From Hemiscyllium ocellatum (taxonomy: Eukaryota), in assembly GCF_020745735.1 (NCBI RefSeq), contig NC_083422.1, positions 61,504,001 through 61,568,000 on the forward strand: DNA of 64,000 bases, read 5' to 3'. The notes under the pieces are model-generated. The model had not been told where the DNA came from. It searched no databases and was given only the letters and a program-made list of their open reading frames with translations. Both the position numbers and the translations under genes were made by a program. Positions within the stretch are counted from its first letter, which is position 1; each line of letters begins with the position of its first letter. This document shows positions 61,640 to 64,000 of this stretch, piece by piece.

Positions 61640-62760
61640 CATATGGTAGGCTAATGCTAAAACTTCGGAGGTATGGCATTGAGGATACATTAGAGGTTTG
61701 GATTAGGAATTGGCTGGCTGGAAGGAGACAGAGGGTAGTAGTTGATGGATTATGTTCATCTTGGAGCGCAGTTACTAGCGGTGTACCACAAGGATCTGTT
61801 TTGGGACCATTGCTTTTTGTTATCTTTATAAATGATCTAGAGGAAGGACTTGAAAGCTGGGTAAGCAAGTTTGCGGATGACACAAAAGTCGGTGGAGTTG
61901 TGGATAGTGAGGAAGGAAGTGGTAGGTTACAGCGGGATATAGATAAGTTGCAGAGCTGGGCGGAAATGTGGCAAATGGAATTCAATGTAGCTAAGTGCGA
62001 AGTCGTTCACTTTGGTAGGAATAACAAGATGATGGATTACTGGGCTAATGGTAGGCTACTTGGTAGTGTGGATGAGCAGAGGGATCTTGGTGTCCATGTA
62101 CACAGATCTCTGAAAGTTGCCACCCAGGTAAATAGTGCTGTGAGGAAGGCATATGGTGTACTGGGCTTTATTGGCAGAGGAATTGAGTTCCGGAGTCCTG
62201 AGGTCATGTTGCAGTTGTATAAGACTCTGGTGCGGCCTCATCTGGAGTATTGTGTGCAGTTTTGGTCGCCATACTATAGGAAGGATGTGGAAGCTTTAGA
62301 ACGAGTGCAGAGGAGGTTTACCAGGATGTTGCCTGGAATGGTAGGAAAATCTTATGAGGAAAGGCTGAGGCACTTGGGGCTGTTCTCATTGGAGAAGAGA
62401 AGGTTTAGGGGAGATCTGATAGAAGTGTATAAGATGATTAGGGGTTTAGATAGGGTAGATACTAAGAACCTTTTACCGCTAATGGAGTCAGGTGTTACTA
62501 GGGGACATAGCTTTAAATTAAGGGGTGGTAGGTATAGGACAGATGTTAGGGGTAGATTCTTTACACAGCGGGTTGTGAGTTCATGGAATGCCCTGCCCGT
62601 ATCAGTGGTGAACTCTCCTTCTTTATGGTCATTTAAGCGGGCATTGGATAGGCATTTGGAAGTTATTGGGCTAGTATAGGTTAGGTAGGATTCGGTCGGC
62701 GCAACATCGAGGGCCGAAGGGCCTGTACTGCGCTGTATCGTTCTATGTTCTATGTTCTAT
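61640..62760 (+). mobile_element. Young 5'-truncated CR1 LINE inserted in the satellite
   Basis: Uninterrupted frame to the stop at 62679 (GVPQGSVLGPLLFVIFINDL, KFADDTKVGG, RPHLEYCVQFWSPYYRKD, FFTQRVVSSWNALP), a short 3' UTR and a (ttctatg)n tail. Confidence 0.97.
61642..62679 (+). pseudogene. C-terminal ~345 codons of CR1 ORF2 reverse transcriptase (open frame lacking the endonuclease and RT N-terminus)
   Basis: Part of ORF 61606..62679. Its first 12 codons are satellite-derived and begin at TTG. Confidence 0.9.
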
Positions 62761-64000
62761 ATTGCTGATTTCAGGAACACTGTGCATAGCTATGAGATAT
62801 TGCTGATTTCAGGTGCACTTTGCCGAGCTATGAGATATTGCTGATTTCATGGACACTGTGCAGTGCTGTTAGATATGTCTGACCACCTCGGCACTGCGCA
62901 GATCTATGAGATATAGCCGATTTCAGGGGAAATGAGCAGAGCTGTGAGATATTGATGAATTCATGGGCACTGTGCAGAGCTGTGAGATATTGCTGATTTT
63001 GACGGCACTTTGCAGAGCTGTGAGATATTGCTAATTTCATGGGCACTGTTCAGGTCTGTGAGATATTACTGATTTCGGCGGCACTGTTCAGGTCTGTGAG
63101 ATATTGCTGATTTTGGCTGCATTGTTCAGAGTCGTGAGGTATTACTGAATTCAGTGGCACTGTTCAGAGCTGTGAGGTATTGCTGATGTCCATGGCACTG
63201 TTCACAGCTATGCAATATTGCTGATTTCTACGGCACTGTGCAGAGCTATGTGATATTGCAGTTTTCTGGGGCATTGTGCAAAGCTATGAGATATTGATGA
63301 TTTCATGGGCACTGCGCAGATCTGTGAGATATTGCTGATTTCAGTAAAAATGAGCAGAGCTGTGAGATATTGCTGACTTCAGGGGCACTGTTCAGAGCTG
63401 TGAGATATTGTTTATTTCAGGGGCAGTGTTCAGACCTTTGTGATATTGTTGATTTCAGGGGCACTGTGCAGAGCTGTGAGAATTTGCTGATTTCCAGGGC
63501 ACTGTGCAGAGCTTTGTGGTATAGCTGATTTCTGGGACCATGTGCTGAGCTGTGAGATATTGCTGATTTTAGGGTCATTGTTCAGAGCTTTGAGATATTG
63601 CTGATGTCAGGGGAATTGTGCAGAGTTTTGAGATATTGCTGATTTCAGGGACACTGTTCAGAGCTTTGAGATTTTGCTGATTTCAGGAGCACTGTGCAGA
63701 GCTGTGAGATATTGCTGATTTCAGGGAATTGTGCAGAGTTTTGAGATATTGCTGATTTCAGGGACACTGTTCAGAGCTGTGAGATTTTGCTGATTTCAGG
63801 AGCACTGTGCAGAGCTGTGAGATATTGCTGATTTCAGGGCCACTGTGCAGAGCTCTGAGATATTGCTCATGTCAGGGGCACTGTGCAGAGTTGTGAAATA
63901 TTGCTGATTTCCAGGGCACTGTGCAGAGCTTTGTGGTATAGCTGATTTCTGGGACCATGTGCTGAGCTGTGAGATATTGCTGATTTTAGGGTCATTGTTC

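Larger units (their letters stand above)
41006..64000. repeat. 38-bp satellite array (consensus tgctgatttcaggggcactgt[g/t]cagagctgtgagatat), about 21.5 kb of monomers, continuing past the window end
   Basis: Period 38 measured directly (gagct at 41106 and 41144). Monomers are head-to-tail with recurrent variants and kb-scale duplications. Confidence 0.98.

Noticed and set aside
44039-63046. Many recurring 60-90 aa ORFs in the satellite
   Set aside because: Chance open frames in 38-bp monomers. They are useful only as markers of duplicated blocks.
41006-64000. CRISPR-like appearance (conserved ~23-bp part plus a more variable ~15-bp part)
   Set aside because: The variable parts are point variants of one consensus rather than unique spacers. 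The context is vertebrate and there are no cas genes.

Overview
Eukaryotic (vertebrate) genomic DNA, almost certainly a cartilaginous fish (shark). The evidence is HE1-type tRNA SINEs, a dense population of CR1/HER1-type LINEs, Deu-domain SINE relics, Rex1/Babar and Penelope-like elements. Family names come from my recall of these families, not from a database search. No complete host gene can be supported; a few short candidate exons are listed at low confidence. Bases 1-41005 are a mosaic of decayed and nested retroelements, several Penelope-derived pieces carrying minimal type I hammerhead ribozymes (two look intact, at 17085-17119 and 25615-25654), several minisatellites and three N gaps. 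Bases 41006-64000 are a ~23 kb array of a 38-bp satellite with higher-order duplications. It is interrupted by one full-length HE1 SINE and one young 5'-truncated CR1, both inserted at the same position of the monomer. The main observations are: (1) on the minus strand the 38-bp monomer reads as heptamer + 22-bp spacer + nonamer-like 9-mer, with a perfect CACAGTG 12 bp from the same 9-mer, resembling a nested 12/22 V(D)J recombination signal (speculative); (2) a 43-bp minisatellite derived from the QG..SP motif of a Rex1/Babar reverse transcriptase, with its parental flank still attached; (3) a 119-bp hammerhead-bearing mini-element with a perfect 10-bp TSD, and a triple-nested Penelope structure in which each layer has its own TSD.
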